Source: Leucoraja ocellata
Taxonomy: Eukaryota
Reading direction: 5' to 3'
Length of the DNA stretch: 64,000 nt
Assembly (NCBI GenBank): GCA_036785375.1
Contig: JAWMAR010000252.1
Span: 62,001 to 126,000, forward strand
Shown: one piece after another, positions 1-12,679 of the stretch
Position numbering within the stretch: position 1 is the first letter of the stretch
Layout: every line of letters begins with the position of its first letter
Translations under genes and position numbers: made by a program
The notes under the pieces: generated by a model
Databases searched by the model: none
Seen by the model: the letters and a program-made list of their open reading frames with translations, nothing else
Told to the model about the DNA's origin: nothing

Positions 1-600
1 TTAAACATTTACATAAGCAAGATGGGATTTCAATTCCGAAAATCGATCAAGTGCAACCTTAAACATAAACCATTTGCATTAAGTCTCTCGCAAACAGTAG
101 CTATTGCAACCACAAAATTCCCCAGCGTCTTCAAATAAGCATTTTGGATGTAAAGTGCTCAAAATGTAGTTCATAGGGAACAATGAACTGCAACAAGAAA
201 CATAAAACTTAGAAAGTAGAAGATTAATAGACCCCCCCCCCTGCTCAGCCAAAGGGGGGGGATCTATTAATGGGTGGAGAGGAGAGAATGAAAGTCAGGT
301 GGACATTAAAAATGGCAGGTTTGGAGGGGTTCCTCAAATAAAATTGGTGCACATCAGCTGGTCTGTAAAAGGTTTGGTGCAGTCAACCAAGCAGAGAGCT
401 GTTCACTAATGCCTCTCCTTGAACCACACATCAGCACAAATGTGGGAGAAATGGTGAAGCCCTGCACAGTGCAGGATTTACCTGCTGAAAAGTAAAGAAA
501 CTCATAGAAACACCACCCCACTGCTAAATCAAAATGTTGACATACCAATTGAAAAATAATCAACTTAAATTCATATCCGTAAAGTAGTGAAATCCATTTA

Positions 601-916
601 CCATATTTCCCAGCAATGAAGACGCTATTTTTTACCCAAAAATAAGGCACGAAAATTTACCTGCGTCTTGGAGGCCGAAGGTTAGGTTGTTAGCCAAGAA
701 AGATAGACTTGGCTATCCCTCAGTACAGCAACATCAAGAACGATGGGGGGGGGGGGGGGGGGGGGGGAGGGAAGAAGAGAGAGAGAGAGAGAGAAGGAAT
801 ACCCATCATGTTGCCGACCCCTGGACTAAACCAAACCCTTGATCCTGTCCCGCCATCCTTTTTTCAAAATATAGCAACTTAAATTGGGGGTGCGTCTTCA
901 TTGCCGGGAAATATGG
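601..916. mobile_element. Tc1/mariner-pogo-type MITE
   Basis: 25-bp TIR CCATATTTCCCAGCAATGAAGACGC (601-625) vs 892-916, 1 mismatch; TA on both sides; internal poly-G and (GA)n. Confidence 0.8.
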
Positions 917-3077
917 TAATTTAAAAAAAAAGTCACCCATTCCTTCTCTCCAGAGATGGCTGCCTGTTACTCCAGCTTTTTGTGTCGATCTATGACTATT
1001 CAAACATTGTAATGTGGCCAAAATGACATCTGCAGGGACACCTCGGGTAGCTTCAACCACTACGTGCATGCAGGAAGCTCTCCAGAGATCTAAATCAGCA
1101 ATCTGGCCCTTTCTGCCAAAAGGTTGCACCACATGGACATTCTTCTAAATAAAGGTTTACGTTTGTGCTTCTCAAAATGGACGTGAAATCCTGTGTATTG
1201 TTCAGCTATAGTAAATCAGATATGGTCACTAAAGTCAACAGCTACCATCATTGCTAAGATCTATGCAGCTTGCAGCATAAACCAGAAAAGTCTAATAGAA
1301 ACTCCAGCCACAGTTAATGTACAGTGCAAAGAACTTGTTTTGCGTATTATTTATTTTTACAAGACTGACATTCAATTTTGTCCAGCTCTGTTCAATATTC
1401 AACTTGAATATTTCAAAAACAAATTGTTGCAAGCAAAGAAATCGTTTCCAGAAAAGATCTTATGCAAGGTGTACAAATTTTAATCACCACCACCTAATAA
1501 TACCTTTTATCAGTATAGATACAGCTCAATTTAAGAACAAAAGTTAAAAAAACTGAATATCGACTGGTGGTACTGGATCCAGCAGATTTTCTGAATTCAT
1601 GAATGTGATTCAGCCTTACACATTAACACATTTTGAAAATTCACTTTTACAGATATTAACTTGAAACTTTCCAGTGAACCAAGTTTATAGAGAGCCTCTA
1701 ATCTGGGATCCCGACATTACAGGAGGAAGCCAGTTGCCAAACCCTCAGGATTTCCAAATGGTCAAATAGCTGATTAGCTTATCTGTTGTTAGTGAAGATT
1801 AAAGTTTAATGATTCCATGGAAGCAGGACAAATATGTTTAAATTGTAATTATTATCCAAACATCATAAAAAATATTTCCTGGTGTATTGTTTCATGAACT
1901 GTCATTGTAAATTTGCATGGGAACAGGGTAAATTTCTAATAATCTGTTATCTAATTATTCTGGGTTACTGATAGTTTGGTGCCTTTTCACCAGGACCAGC
2001 TTCCTTCATGCCCCCTACCAATATGTTCCAATTAACCCAGCAAGTATTATTTAAATCTGCAATATCTGAAAAATAAAATTAAGTGTGTTGTAGTATTAAC
2101 AGAAATAACACTCAATAGTCCCAAAGATCTGCTTGTCTGGCACCATGTCCTGAGGGGTGCTGGATTATGGCCCAGCGGACAGCAGGATCGGGAACCCGCC
2201 CAGAGGCCTTCTGGACCCGTGAGGGTGCTGACATTGGACGCGAGGGTGAACCGGGACAATGCCTGCAGCACCTTCAAGGTCAGTTGCAGGAGGCATCCCC
2301 GAGACACAAAGATGGCCGGACAAGGAGAGGGACGTTGGTTCGCAGGAACTGCTCCAATACATCAAGCATGCAGACGCGGAAAATGCACCAAAACATGCAT
2401 GTGTAATATTTGTAAAACTGTGCAATTGCAGATGTGATATACAAAGCACCATTGAGTTTTATTTCAATACTCCACAAGGAACTTGTGTTGGAGCCAACAA
2501 GCTCCACACAGCATGCTTCCCCCTTCTCCTCTGTCCACAATTGGCACTCAGCAGTGACTGAAATATTCAATTTGGACAAGCTTAATTCCTTTTTAAGGAT
2601 CACTATGAAAAAAAACACAAGTATTTTGTCAGGCTGAGATTTTGGCTGTGTAACTTGTGCTTTTTCTCCCAGGAATTACCACAGTTTTAGTCCCTAATTA
2701 AGCAGCTGGACTGCATTCCATTCTGCTCAAACAGTTTACAATATCAGGAATTAATATAATTCCAAACTAAATTTAAATTAGAAATATTTGTGTGTAACTT
2801 TTAGTTTTGGTCTGTGTTACTCTCTCACAAATCACATTCAGTACAATACTTACTCTTCAATAATTCCAGCTTCCGGCTTGCATCTAATAACAAAGATTCA
2901 GCTTCACTTTGTAACATCTTTGCTTTCTTTTGAGCATCAGAAGCCATATCTGATTTTTTCTCAATGGTGTCTTCTATTATATTGTACTTTTCTTTAAGGA
3001 CAGTGTCAAGGACCTAGGTTTTGTTAAAAGAAAAATCTTGTAAATAACGGTCTACATCAGACAACATAATTGGCCAT

Positions 3078-3262
3078 GGTTACACAAAAAAGCTGGAGAA
3101 ACTCAGCGGGTGCAGCAGCATCTATGGAGCGAAGGAAATAGGCAAAGTTTCGGGCCGAAACGTTGCCTATTTCCTTCGCTCCATAGATGCTGCTGCACCC
3201 GCTGAGTTTCTCCAGCTTTTTTGTGTAACCTTCGATTATCCAGCATCTGCAGTTCCTTCTTA
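3078..3262. mobile_element. Palindromic Penelope-like terminal-repeat insert
   Basis: About 150-bp near-perfect inverted repeat centred on TTTCGGGCCGAAA; flanked by AACATAATTGGCCAT at 3063-3077 and 3263-3277. Confidence 0.8.
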
Positions 3263-3479
3263 AACATAATTGGCCATTGCTGATCAGGGGCAGTTTGGGA
3301 AATTATGTTAAATGCTAACCATTGTCTGTCAAGTGTCCTATAAAATAAATAATTCGCAATTTGCAACAAATATACATTAATATAAGGCATACAAATACAA
3401 CTGGAAAAAGTGAAAGACCATGTACATAAGACATTAATACAAGGCATACAAATATTTAGTAAATACCTCGGGAAATAAT

Positions 3480-4093
3480 TGACCAAATTTATAGAGGGGG
3501 GGGGGGGGGGGGGTGTTGTTACCGAACTGAACTCACTGTGGAATGAATGCATTAACGGAGCCACTCTGCTGCCGGATCCGAGGTTGTCCGTGCCGCTGAC
3601 GGTAAAGTCAGTGAAAGCGGCCCCATCAGAGACTGTGAGGCCTCGCATCCTCGGCACTTCTGACACGCCGGCTCTGTTGCGTGGCTGTTCCCCCGTTGTT
3701 CGTAAAGCAGCGGTTGAACATCCGATGTTTGGCTTGAGGCAGCGTGCCAGAGCGGGGGCCGGACACCAGTGGTAGGGAAAAATGTTGGCGTTTTTCGAGC
3801 AGAGCTGGGCGTCAGCAGCCGTTATGGTGGCTGGCCAGCAGGAGGTGACAAAATGAGTGAGCCGGGGGGGGGGGGGGGGGGGGAGATTTAATTAAAAAAT
3901 GTGTACATAAAAATGTCCAAATATTTTGAGGAGTGCATGAGTGAATGTAAAAGAGAAATCTCTAGCAAAATGGAAAAAATGACGGAGTTTCAGCATGTGG
4001 TGCTGGCAGACCAAGGAATCAAAGGCCGAATCTGACAAACACCTATATACACACACACACACACGTGCACAGAGTTTTAATAGTACATAGATT
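3480..4093 (+). mobile_element. GC-rich non-autonomous repeat, possibly Helitron/Helentron-like
   Basis: CpG-rich body between two poly-G runs; ends in (CA)n then TTTTAATAGTACATAGAT, resembling non-autonomous Helentron-type ends. Confidence 0.4.
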
Positions 4094-4688
4094 CAAATAG
4101 GACAGAATCTTATTTAACTATTAAATAATACTTATCACATTAGTGATCACTAGTTTTATCTTAATCGATGAAACTATAAAAAGTGTAGTGAAAATAATTA
4201 CGTGGTCCTGTGTACTACTTAGCATGCCCAACTCTGCCTCTGATTTCTTTGAGGACAACAACTTTTCTTCAGAGTAAATATCCACAATGAGGTACATGAT
4301 TAGAATTTTAATAAGTGACAGAGGAACTCAGTGGTACAGACAGCATGTGTAGAGACTGAATAGTCTGAAGAAGAGTCCCGATCCAAAACATCACTTGTTC
4401 GTTCCCTTCACAGAAGCTGCCTGACCAACTGAGTTCCTCCAACACTTTGTTTATTGTTCAATATTCTAGCGCCTGCAGTCTCGTAATGTATGTAATTTTG
4501 GCATCAAATCTGACTAAAACACATGTTTGGTGCTAAGGGTTTGGACTTGAATGTACATTTGTTTTACTAAGAGCACTTTGGTAGTAATATCCAGGCAGAT
4601 AGATACCAGAAAGATCAACCAAACTGAAAGACACTATAATGCATCATTGTAGCTGTAAAACATTTCACTTTAGGAGATGAATGCTTTA

Positions 4689-4868
4689 AGGGCCTGTCCC
4701 ACTTATGCAATTTTTTTCACCGACTTGCCGGCATCCGTCAGTCACAGCAGGTTACTGAAAATGTTCAAAATGTTGAAAATCCAGCGACGACCAGAAAAAG
4801 GTACGACTCTTTGGGTGACTACTCACGACCAAACAGGCGTCACAAGTCGGGTAAGTGGGACAAGCCCT
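4689..4868. mobile_element. PIF/Harbinger-type MITE
   Basis: TIR AGGGCCTGTCCCACTTA / TAAGTGGGACAAGCCCT; TTA duplication. Confidence 0.85.
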
Positions 4869-5470
4869 TTAGGACAAAGCCAGTCTACAACAATTTAATG
4901 TAGAGAGTTAAAGGGAATGTAAATGTATTCCAAGAAAAACAGTAGACTGTTTAGTCTACAATCGCAAAATTGATGCTTTAGTTTTAAATTAGTATTTAGA
5001 TAAAATTCTAATTTCAGGAAGAAAATTGGGCAACAAATAGATATAGCATGCAAATATTTGTTCTGAAACACTAACAACTCAACCCTAGAATTAGAAAAGC
5101 ATTATGCAGAGTCGGTAACACTGTTTTATATCGTTTGCCATAACTAGCGAATAATTAAAAACAGTACAGCACCAAAAATGCACAGGGCAGGAACGTATTT
5201 TCTAGTTTAAATGTTGAATCTAATTTAATGAAAACACTCATGGTATGTTAATTAAGGTATTTCATAAGATTCAAGACTAGATCTTGATAAGCAAACGGAA
5301 AACAATTGGTAATAATATTGGATTAGAGAAGGTAGTTCAATTTCCTGGACAACCTCCTCTCAATTACTGAATAGACAAAAATTGGCTCTTGTTTTTGGTT
5401 ACAAAGGAATTTGGGATATCTTGCTGTGCTATAAAAGAAGAACGTTTTCATTGCGCAAATCAGTGCCTAC

Positions 5471-5647
5471 CTGTTTAGCCTCGGTTGCAGCCTGCTTCAC
5501 TCTCTCTGCTGTTTCTTCAATGTTTTCTGCCGCATTTGTATTATCTGTAGTCTTTTGCTTTAGTTCATCAATATCTTTTTCAATCTGTGCTAAGCGCACC
5601 GTTGCATTGTTGAGACTTTGTTCTGATGCTACAGTTTCAGATACAAT
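5471..5647 (-). CDS. LAMB1: LAMB1 exon ~32 (coiled coil), 177 nt
   Basis: tttag|IVSETVASEQSLNNATVRLAQIEKDIDELKQK...AATEAKQ|gtaggc. Confidence 0.93.
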
Positions 5648-5859
5648 CTAAAAGGTATTCAAAAAAGGGCAACATTTTATACTGCCGAACAAAGACAATG
5701 CAGGTACAATTCACTCTCTGCAGTTGGAACATCTAAGCAACAGTTCAACACAAGAGAGATACTACACATAATCAACATAATTTCATTCAGATTATACTTC
5801 AGGTGTGTGAAAATATAGTTGAATTTTACTATGCAGATATTAAAGGGGTTCCAGTCACT

Positions 5860-6220
5860 ATACAACAGTGACTGGAACCCTCAAGTCCTATCCAATTGCC
5901 ACAGGCACAAACCCATTACCTCAGGTGGAAACGAACTGTGGGATACACCCAATACAGCAAATAAATATCTTGTCACTAAAGTAAGAGGTTCCTGGTGTTA
6001 CTCTCTTCCAAAGATAATATACAACTCTCCACAAGACTATGGATGCTACTCCAATAATGACAATGTATTATGATCCAAAATGTCACTGTGGCTATGAGTT
6101 CCAAACCAAGGAACACACCATTTCAACCTGTACATCTATGTGTACATAATGGCACCACAGCTCCCAGGCAATCATAGAGATTAGGCAGATTGAACATCCG
6201 AGTGTGAGGCTTTTAATGTT
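5860..6220 (+). mobile_element. Degenerate Vingi/Ingi-like LINE 3' fragment
   Basis: 6072-6137 encodes DPKCHCGYEFQTKEHTISTC (C-x-C-x8-H-x4-C knuckle). Confidence 0.5.
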
Positions 6221-7199
6221 GTATGAAAGAAGAAAGTAACTACTAGAATATATAAAGATACAGACAAATTAGTAATGTCAAGTAAATACAAATATTGGGC
6301 AAATCAGAGATTGAATATATATTGGACTGCATTCAGTATGAACAATATGTGGTTAATCAATCTTCTTTAATGTAGCTAACCCAAGTGTAACAAAATTCTA
6401 TTAACCCTGTAACATATTATGATTTCTTATGTATGCAAGGTGTCAGTGCAATACCCATGACTTTTCAATACTTTGCTATTTTCTTTGTCATCAGTTAGAT
6501 TTACTTTACATTTCGCTTAGATAAGAAGTTTAAACAAACAGGTGCCTGTCTGCAAGGCTGAATCGATTATTGAAACAGACAAAAGCCACATGCTACAACT
6601 GAAGATGAGACAGAGATAAAAGACTGTTTTAATTGGAATAGATTACGCTGTGCATTTGCTGTCAAACAAATATGCACTTAGGAGCCCGTAATAGTTAACT
6701 TTGCTCTTGTTCTTTGATCTAATCACAGGAGTTACAGAGACTGAGCATGGACTATTCTGTTGATACAAATGGCAATGCAGCTGCAGGCAATGGATGAAAT
6801 GCTGGTATTTTATCCGGAAACATGAACCCTCAAAGGGCAGTTCAAAGACTCTTCAGACTACAACATTAGCACCCAGATGTTTTACTGCTCTGGGGTTAGC
6901 TGTAAATTAACAAGAATCTAAGATTTTTTTTTTAAGCTTGGCTATATGACAAACTTAATTCATTCTGACAGGGAAGAGTTGTTATTTGATAAACATTTCA
7001 GTCAGCTCAAAGAATTAATTCCTCAATGCCTCCCATGGTTTGATGGGTCGGTAAACAGCACCTTATGTCATGCTGTCCAGGAAATGAAAGTCTCAGATTC
7101 CTGGTATGTGCGGAGTTGCCAGCTCAGCTGGGGCACTGCAAATACCCTTAACATGTCTGGAATATGGATGACAACAGTAAATCCTGGACTGATTATTGA

Positions 7200-9420
7200 T
7201 CCTGATCATTGTTGCACAAGGTTCATGTACCTGATGGAGCAGCTAACTACATGCTCCATGTTCTTACCAGGAGCAGCCATCCTCAGCGGAAACATGGGAG
7301 ACGAGCTGGAGTACAGGTGAGATTGAAACAATGTGGTTTCAAGTGCTCCCTCTCCAGCATTCTGCTGGTAAATGTACAGGCTACCTCGAACAAACTGGTT
7401 GGACTTAAAGCTAGACTTGTGTAAGAAGGAACTGCAGATGCTGGTTTAAACCAAAGATAGACACAAAAAACAGGAGTAACTCAGCGGGACAGGCAGCATC
7501 TCTGGAGAGATGGAATGGGTAATGTTTCAGGTCGAGACTGAAGAAGGGTCTCAACCTGAAATGTCACCCATTTCTTCTCTCCAGAGATGCTGCCTGTCCC
7601 ACCCGCTGAGTTACTCCAGCTTTTGTGTTTAAAGCTAGACTTATCCACCTTAGAGGGACTGCTGTATGCTCTGTGCTCACTCTTCCTCACCCAACAGTGC
7701 CATTCAATCAGAGGGCTTCTCGCTACACCAGATGGACTGCAGAGCATCTTCGGGTAAGGTTAGGGTACTTTATAATTAACTCCACATGATGCTCAGACGT
7801 GTTGGTCCCGACGAGCTCCTGCTTCCCAGAATTGGAATATGGTAGTGGTGTTGTTTTCCCTACCACCTGCCATGGAAATGCCCTTGGGCTGTCCTGACAA
7901 CAGTCCACATTCCACTCCAGGATGATGCTAAGCTTGCACTTGAGGTACTACACACCATCGCCAATAGCCTTGAAATCAAGTGCCCTGAGGCCCCGGTCAT
8001 AATAACCAGGGACTCAAATCAGGCCAACCTCGGGTATGTCCTGCCAAAATAATATCAGCACGTCTCCTGCTCAATCAGAGATCTAAACATCCTCATCCAC
8101 CGTTACACAACCATCAGGAACACATGCTGCTGCAATCCCACTTTGGTAAATGTGATCACTGGCCTGCGCTTTTACTCCCTGTTTACAAACAGTAACTGAA
8201 GCGGGAGAATCCGGTTCAGAAAGTCGTACAGTTTTGGTCCGAGGAAACAGATGAGATACTTTGTGACTGCCACGAGTCGGAGGACTGATCCTTATTCAAG
8301 GACTCAGCAGCTGAGCAGGATGAATGAACCTGCTGTCACAGACGTCATCAACAAGTGTGTAAAGGACCGTGTACCAAAGACGACAATACATGTTTCCCAA
8401 CTGGAAACGATGAATGAACCAAGTTACACTCCCAGGTGAAGTCGAAGTCTGCAGCATTCAAGTCAAACAATCCCGAGCAGTACAAGAAATCCATAATGAC
8501 CTTAACACACCTATTAAGGATGCAGAGGGGAAATTGTGGGCCAAAGCAATGATCTGGACACCCACAGATTGTGACAGGGTAACGGCGAGCATCATTGGCG
8601 ACAACTGATTGCTCCCAATGAACTCAATGCAGCTACTCTCGCTTTCAACAGAAGGCTGGTGGGGGAGGACGTCACCCACCCTGCCAGTTTCGGGTGCACC
8701 CGTACCAACAGTTACCCATGGCAGATGCGAGGTTGGCCTTGCCGAGTTAATCCGTGGGCCCGGCTGGAGTCCCTGACCCTGGCCTCATGACTTGGTGTGG
8801 ATCAACTGGCAGAGGTATTCACAGACATCTTTAACCTCTCACTGCTCCATTCAGAGGTGCCAACCTGCTTCAAGAAGACCACTATCATTCCAGTAGCAAA
8901 GAAAAGTGAGGTAGCATGTCTGAATGACTACCATACAATGGCTTTGATATCCACCATTATTTACCCTCAAAGTGATGGTGCACATTAACCCCAGCCTCCC
9001 AGCCTGCCTTGATCAACCCGCAGTTTACTTACAGTCACAAAGTGTCCGCAGCAGACATCATCTTCCTGGTTCTAAATGACCCCAGTCATTTCTCCTTCTC
9101 CCTGCTCCCATCTGGCAGACAATACAGAAGCTTAAAGCATTCACCCCCAGAGTGAGGAACAGCTTCTTCCATTTTGTTATCAGCTTTTGAATGATTCTTT
9201 CATAAGCCAGAGTACTGTCAAATTCATCTCTACGCCATTATGGACAATGGACATTGTCTGCGGAACTGATGGACCACAATGCTAAGAACATTCTACCTAT
9301 TGTGCTTGAGTTTGACTTAAATGTATTTATGTTTGGATTACCAGATTTATTTTTGGATAGTAAGTGAAACAAAGCTTTTCACTGTACTTCGTGCCCATGA
9401 CATGAACTGAACCTAAATCG
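7200..9420 (+). mobile_element. Decayed Rex1/Babar-type LINE (APE and RT fragments, internal deletion)
   Basis: SILLVNVQATSNKL (APE start); [32 protein letters not shown] (RT); LLPSGRQYRSL (C-terminus); multiple stops and frameshifts. Confidence 0.8.
7419..7628. mobile_element. Palindromic Penelope-like terminal-repeat insert nested in the Rex1 LINE
   Basis: Inverted arms around CTGAAGAAGGGTCTCAACCTGAAA; TTAAAGCTAGACTT duplicated at 7405-7418 and 7629-7642. Confidence 0.8.
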
Positions 9421-9969
9421 ATCAAGATTGCTGAATCAGATTAGTCCAAACTCAACTGGGACATCCAAACAACTAATTAGCACCACTAAATCTATATCTG
9501 TGGCAAAAAGATCTAAATGATATTATCAATTATTGTATCAAGAGAACAGTACAACCAAGAGGAATACAACTTTTTGGAATGTTGAAGGAGAGGAATGGCT
9601 GAATTACTACACAGTATTCATTTTTTTTGCAGATTAGCACCAATATCCGCCAAAGAGGGAACAATAAAACAGTGTACGGTTTGACCCAACAAGCCAATAA
9701 GTAGCAGTGCAACGTGGACGAGAAGAAAGGTCAAATGTTATATTTCACAGAGATCATTCACTAATTATATATATTATTTAGATGCACAGCAAAATGAAAA
9801 TATTAATAAGGTAACAAGAGCAGATGCCTGAAGACACTTAGGATGATGAATGAACATTTAGAATGCAGTAGAGTTGAGATCTGATTTAATGTTTCAAGGA
9901 TATCAGAAGCTATACAACTAATAATGATTGCAATTTAACTATGGGTCTATTGCCTAAATAGTAACTTAC

Positions 9970-10111
9970 TGAAGTCAGCAGGTTCTGTGTTCCCTCAATG
10001 TCTTCATTGGCTTGTTTGATGGCTTTTGTTGCTGAATTTTGTGCCCTTTCAGCTTCATTCAAAGCCACCTTTACACGATCAGCTGTGACTTTAAGATCTG
10101 TTGCATGAATT
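9970..10111 (-). CDS. LAMB1: LAMB1 exon ~31 (coiled coil), 142 nt
   Basis: tgcag|IHATDLKVTADRVKVALNEAE...DIEGTQNLLTS|gtaagt; not in the ORF track. Confidence 0.94.
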
Positions 10112-10159
10112 CTGCAAGGGGCAAGGTTTAGGGAGACATCATGTTTAAAACATAAATCA

Positions 10160-11062
10160 TTGTATTGTATTCAATTTATTGTCATTGTCTCAGTTTGAGA
10201 CAACGAAATGAATTTTCCTTACAGGCAGTATCATTAAAAAAAATCACAAAGAAATTATAAAAATAAATAATAAATAAATAATAAAACATATTAAAAATAA
10301 AATTGAAATTGAATTAAAATTTTAAAAAAAGCACAAATACAGAAGTCCACGACACAACATAACATAAATGGCACCCAGGTGAGGACGGCACCATAGTCCA
10401 GCCAGCCTCCCCTCCGTGTTCATCCGTGGACGGGGCCTTCCAAGCACCCGCAGTCGCCGCCCCGGGTGGCCCGATGTTCAGGCCCTCACGCCGGGCCGGT
10501 GGAACGCCGACGCCGAACCCCGACGGTGAGCAGCCTCCTCCTCAGCGGCCCGGACCTCCTGATCAGCCGCCTCCCGCTGCCGGAGTCTGCAGCTCCCGAG
10601 TCCGCAGGTCGAGCCGGGCAGAGTCACAGGACCCCGCGTTGATTAGTCAGCGCCGCCCGCGTTGGGAGCTCTGCAAACCGCAGCTCCGTGATGTTGGTGC
10701 AGCAGGTCCAGCACTCCGGGCTCCAAACGGCGACCCCCGGTAAGGCATCACCAGCCCCGCGATGTTCCAGCGCTGTCCCGCCGCTGCTGGAGCTCCGGTC
10801 GATCCCGGCAGGAAAGGCCGCGCCAATCCAGGTAGGTAGGCCGCTGTGGGGGGGGGGGGGGGGGAGGACGCAACTCGAATAATAGTCGCGTCCTCACCAG
10901 GAAGCGGCTGAAGGACGGTATCCCCCGCACCGTGCCCTCTTCCCCCACATAAAAACACCAAAAAAACACAAAAAAACACACTTTTACATAACTAAATAAA
11001 TAAAAAAACAAAAAGATACCGGGCTGTAGGTGGAGGCTGCTGGCACCAGCGCCACCGGAAGT
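10160..11062 (-). mobile_element. GC-rich SINE-like element with LINE-type tail
   Basis: CpG-rich body; minus-strand 3' end CATTTCGTTGTCTC...GAGACAATGACAATAAA(TTGAATACAATACAA). Confidence 0.65.
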
Positions 11063-11344
11063 ACAATGGGGAATGGGGAAGTAAATGGGGAACGTCAAAC
11101 AACATGCCAGGCTACCAGGAGTTTATAGTGTGGATATTATGAATATTACTGGAAACTGAGTTTTAAATGACAGGTGGCAGCAACAATAAAAATTAGAATT
11201 GATATATAACAATATTAATCTGCATTTAGAAGACTTTATTGCCTTTGAGTATCATTAACATACTTAAAATGAGCAAACAGGCAGAAAATATTAATTTTAA
11301 GTAAATCTTCAGAGACATAGCTGGTAGATGAAGCAGCACATTAC

Positions 11345-11552
11345 CTGGATTTCCTGGCCTCATCCAGTAGCATTTCTGCTCGTTCAATGTCTGCTGCACT
11401 CTGGTTTAGGATTATCTCCACATCTGACAGACTCTCTACCCGGACACGAATGTCATTGGTCAGATTCTGCAGCTGCTCAGGAGTAGTTGGCATTTCTAGT
11501 TTCAATACTTCATTGGCAACTGCTTCAATGCTCTCCAAGTCAGCACCATCCT
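11345..11552 (-). CDS. LAMB1: LAMB1 exon ~30 (coiled coil), 208 nt
   Basis: tgtag|QDGADLESIEAVANEVLKLEMPTTPEQLQNLT...DEARKS|gtaatg. Confidence 0.95.
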
Positions 11553-11899
11553 CTACATGAGAAGCAAAATAAAGCTGTTGAAATACTTTCAGATTAAGTG
11601 ATTAATGTTCCAACGTAAAATGGTGTGTGATGCACAGCCACAGAAAAATAAAATAACCCAAAATATAATAGATAATTCCAAATTGATCACACAGGACATC
11701 ACTGAGAAAAGACCAAATTACTGCTTTTTGTGGCTGATTTTGAGTAAACTGCAATTGATCTGTATTGTGAAAAGTACATTTACTTGCTAGATTTCAACAG
11801 AATTACTACACTAATAGAAGTTTGATTGAAAATGCTGCAAAGGAATTTGCCACAAAGAGTTTCGTAATGTAAACTTTCATGTAAATATATTTATTTATT

Positions 11900-11999
11900 G
11901 CTCATATTCTACGTCGCTCTTCTAGGAAGATGCTAACTGCATTTCGTTGTCTCTGTACTGTACACTGCACAATGACAATAAAGTTTGAATCTGAATCTG
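11900..11999 (+). mobile_element. Solo retroposon 3' tail
   Basis: GATGCTAACTGCATTTCGTTGTCTCTGTACTGTACACTG...TGACAATAAA...(GAATCT)n; near-identical to the reverse complement of 36517-36598. Confidence 0.65.
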
Positions 12000-12679
12000 T
12001 ATGCATCTCTCTTGGGAGTTCTCATCTGTACTCGGATGTCATGATCGATTTTCTAAATATATAAAGTTATTAGTCCAAATCTTGTTCTATTATCTTACTA
12101 ACTAAGAATTCAGCTTGAATGTTGACTGTTTCTGTCTAATGGGCACAGAAGAAACACTATATGAATGTGTCAGAAATATCCAAGTGGTTACAGTCCGTTT
12201 CCAACATGCTGTGTTAGTACAACTAAATAACAGCATCACCACAGCATTGTATATTCTCCTGTGTCGATGGGAGTTTTCTCAAGATAAACAGGCTTGTAGA
12301 TTAATGATCAGTGTGATTTGTCCCTAGTAAGATCTAGGAACTGGGAGAGGAGGGCTTGGGTAATTGGAGGTAGAATGCAAGATGTTCCGGGGAAAATTAA
12401 TGGGGAAATGGGTCTGCTCTGTGAAATGTCATAGACTCAATATGCAGAAATGCCTGCCTGTGTCATAAGGAAATATGGGAAAATACAATCCATTAATTTT
12501 AAAACAAATCTTTTATAAGAGAAGACTAACTCTAGAAATATAGTTGATTCAACTATATTATAGATCATCAGCTCAAATTGAAAGTTTTTCTTGTTCGGTC
12601 TCTTGGCTGTCAGAACATGCAATAGATAAGTTAGCAAAAAGAGAAAAAGAGCAGCAGCGGTTCAGGCTGGCTTTATACT

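Noticed and set aside
3103-3666. Longest listed ORF (187 aa, minus strand) as a gene
   Set aside because: It runs across two unrelated repeats and a poly-G tract and shows no recognisable domain.
1-5470. Final LAMB1 exons (about 33-34) and polyadenylation site
   Set aside because: No minus-strand segment matching the C-terminal coiled coil with splice sites was found; they probably lie beyond position 1.
10426-11098. Overlapping Pro/Gly/Arg-rich ORFs (also 36509-37182 and 39895-40377) as nested genes or CpG-island promoters
   Set aside because: Stop-poor GC-rich repeat sequence with retroposon tails; ORFs are open in several frames on both strands.
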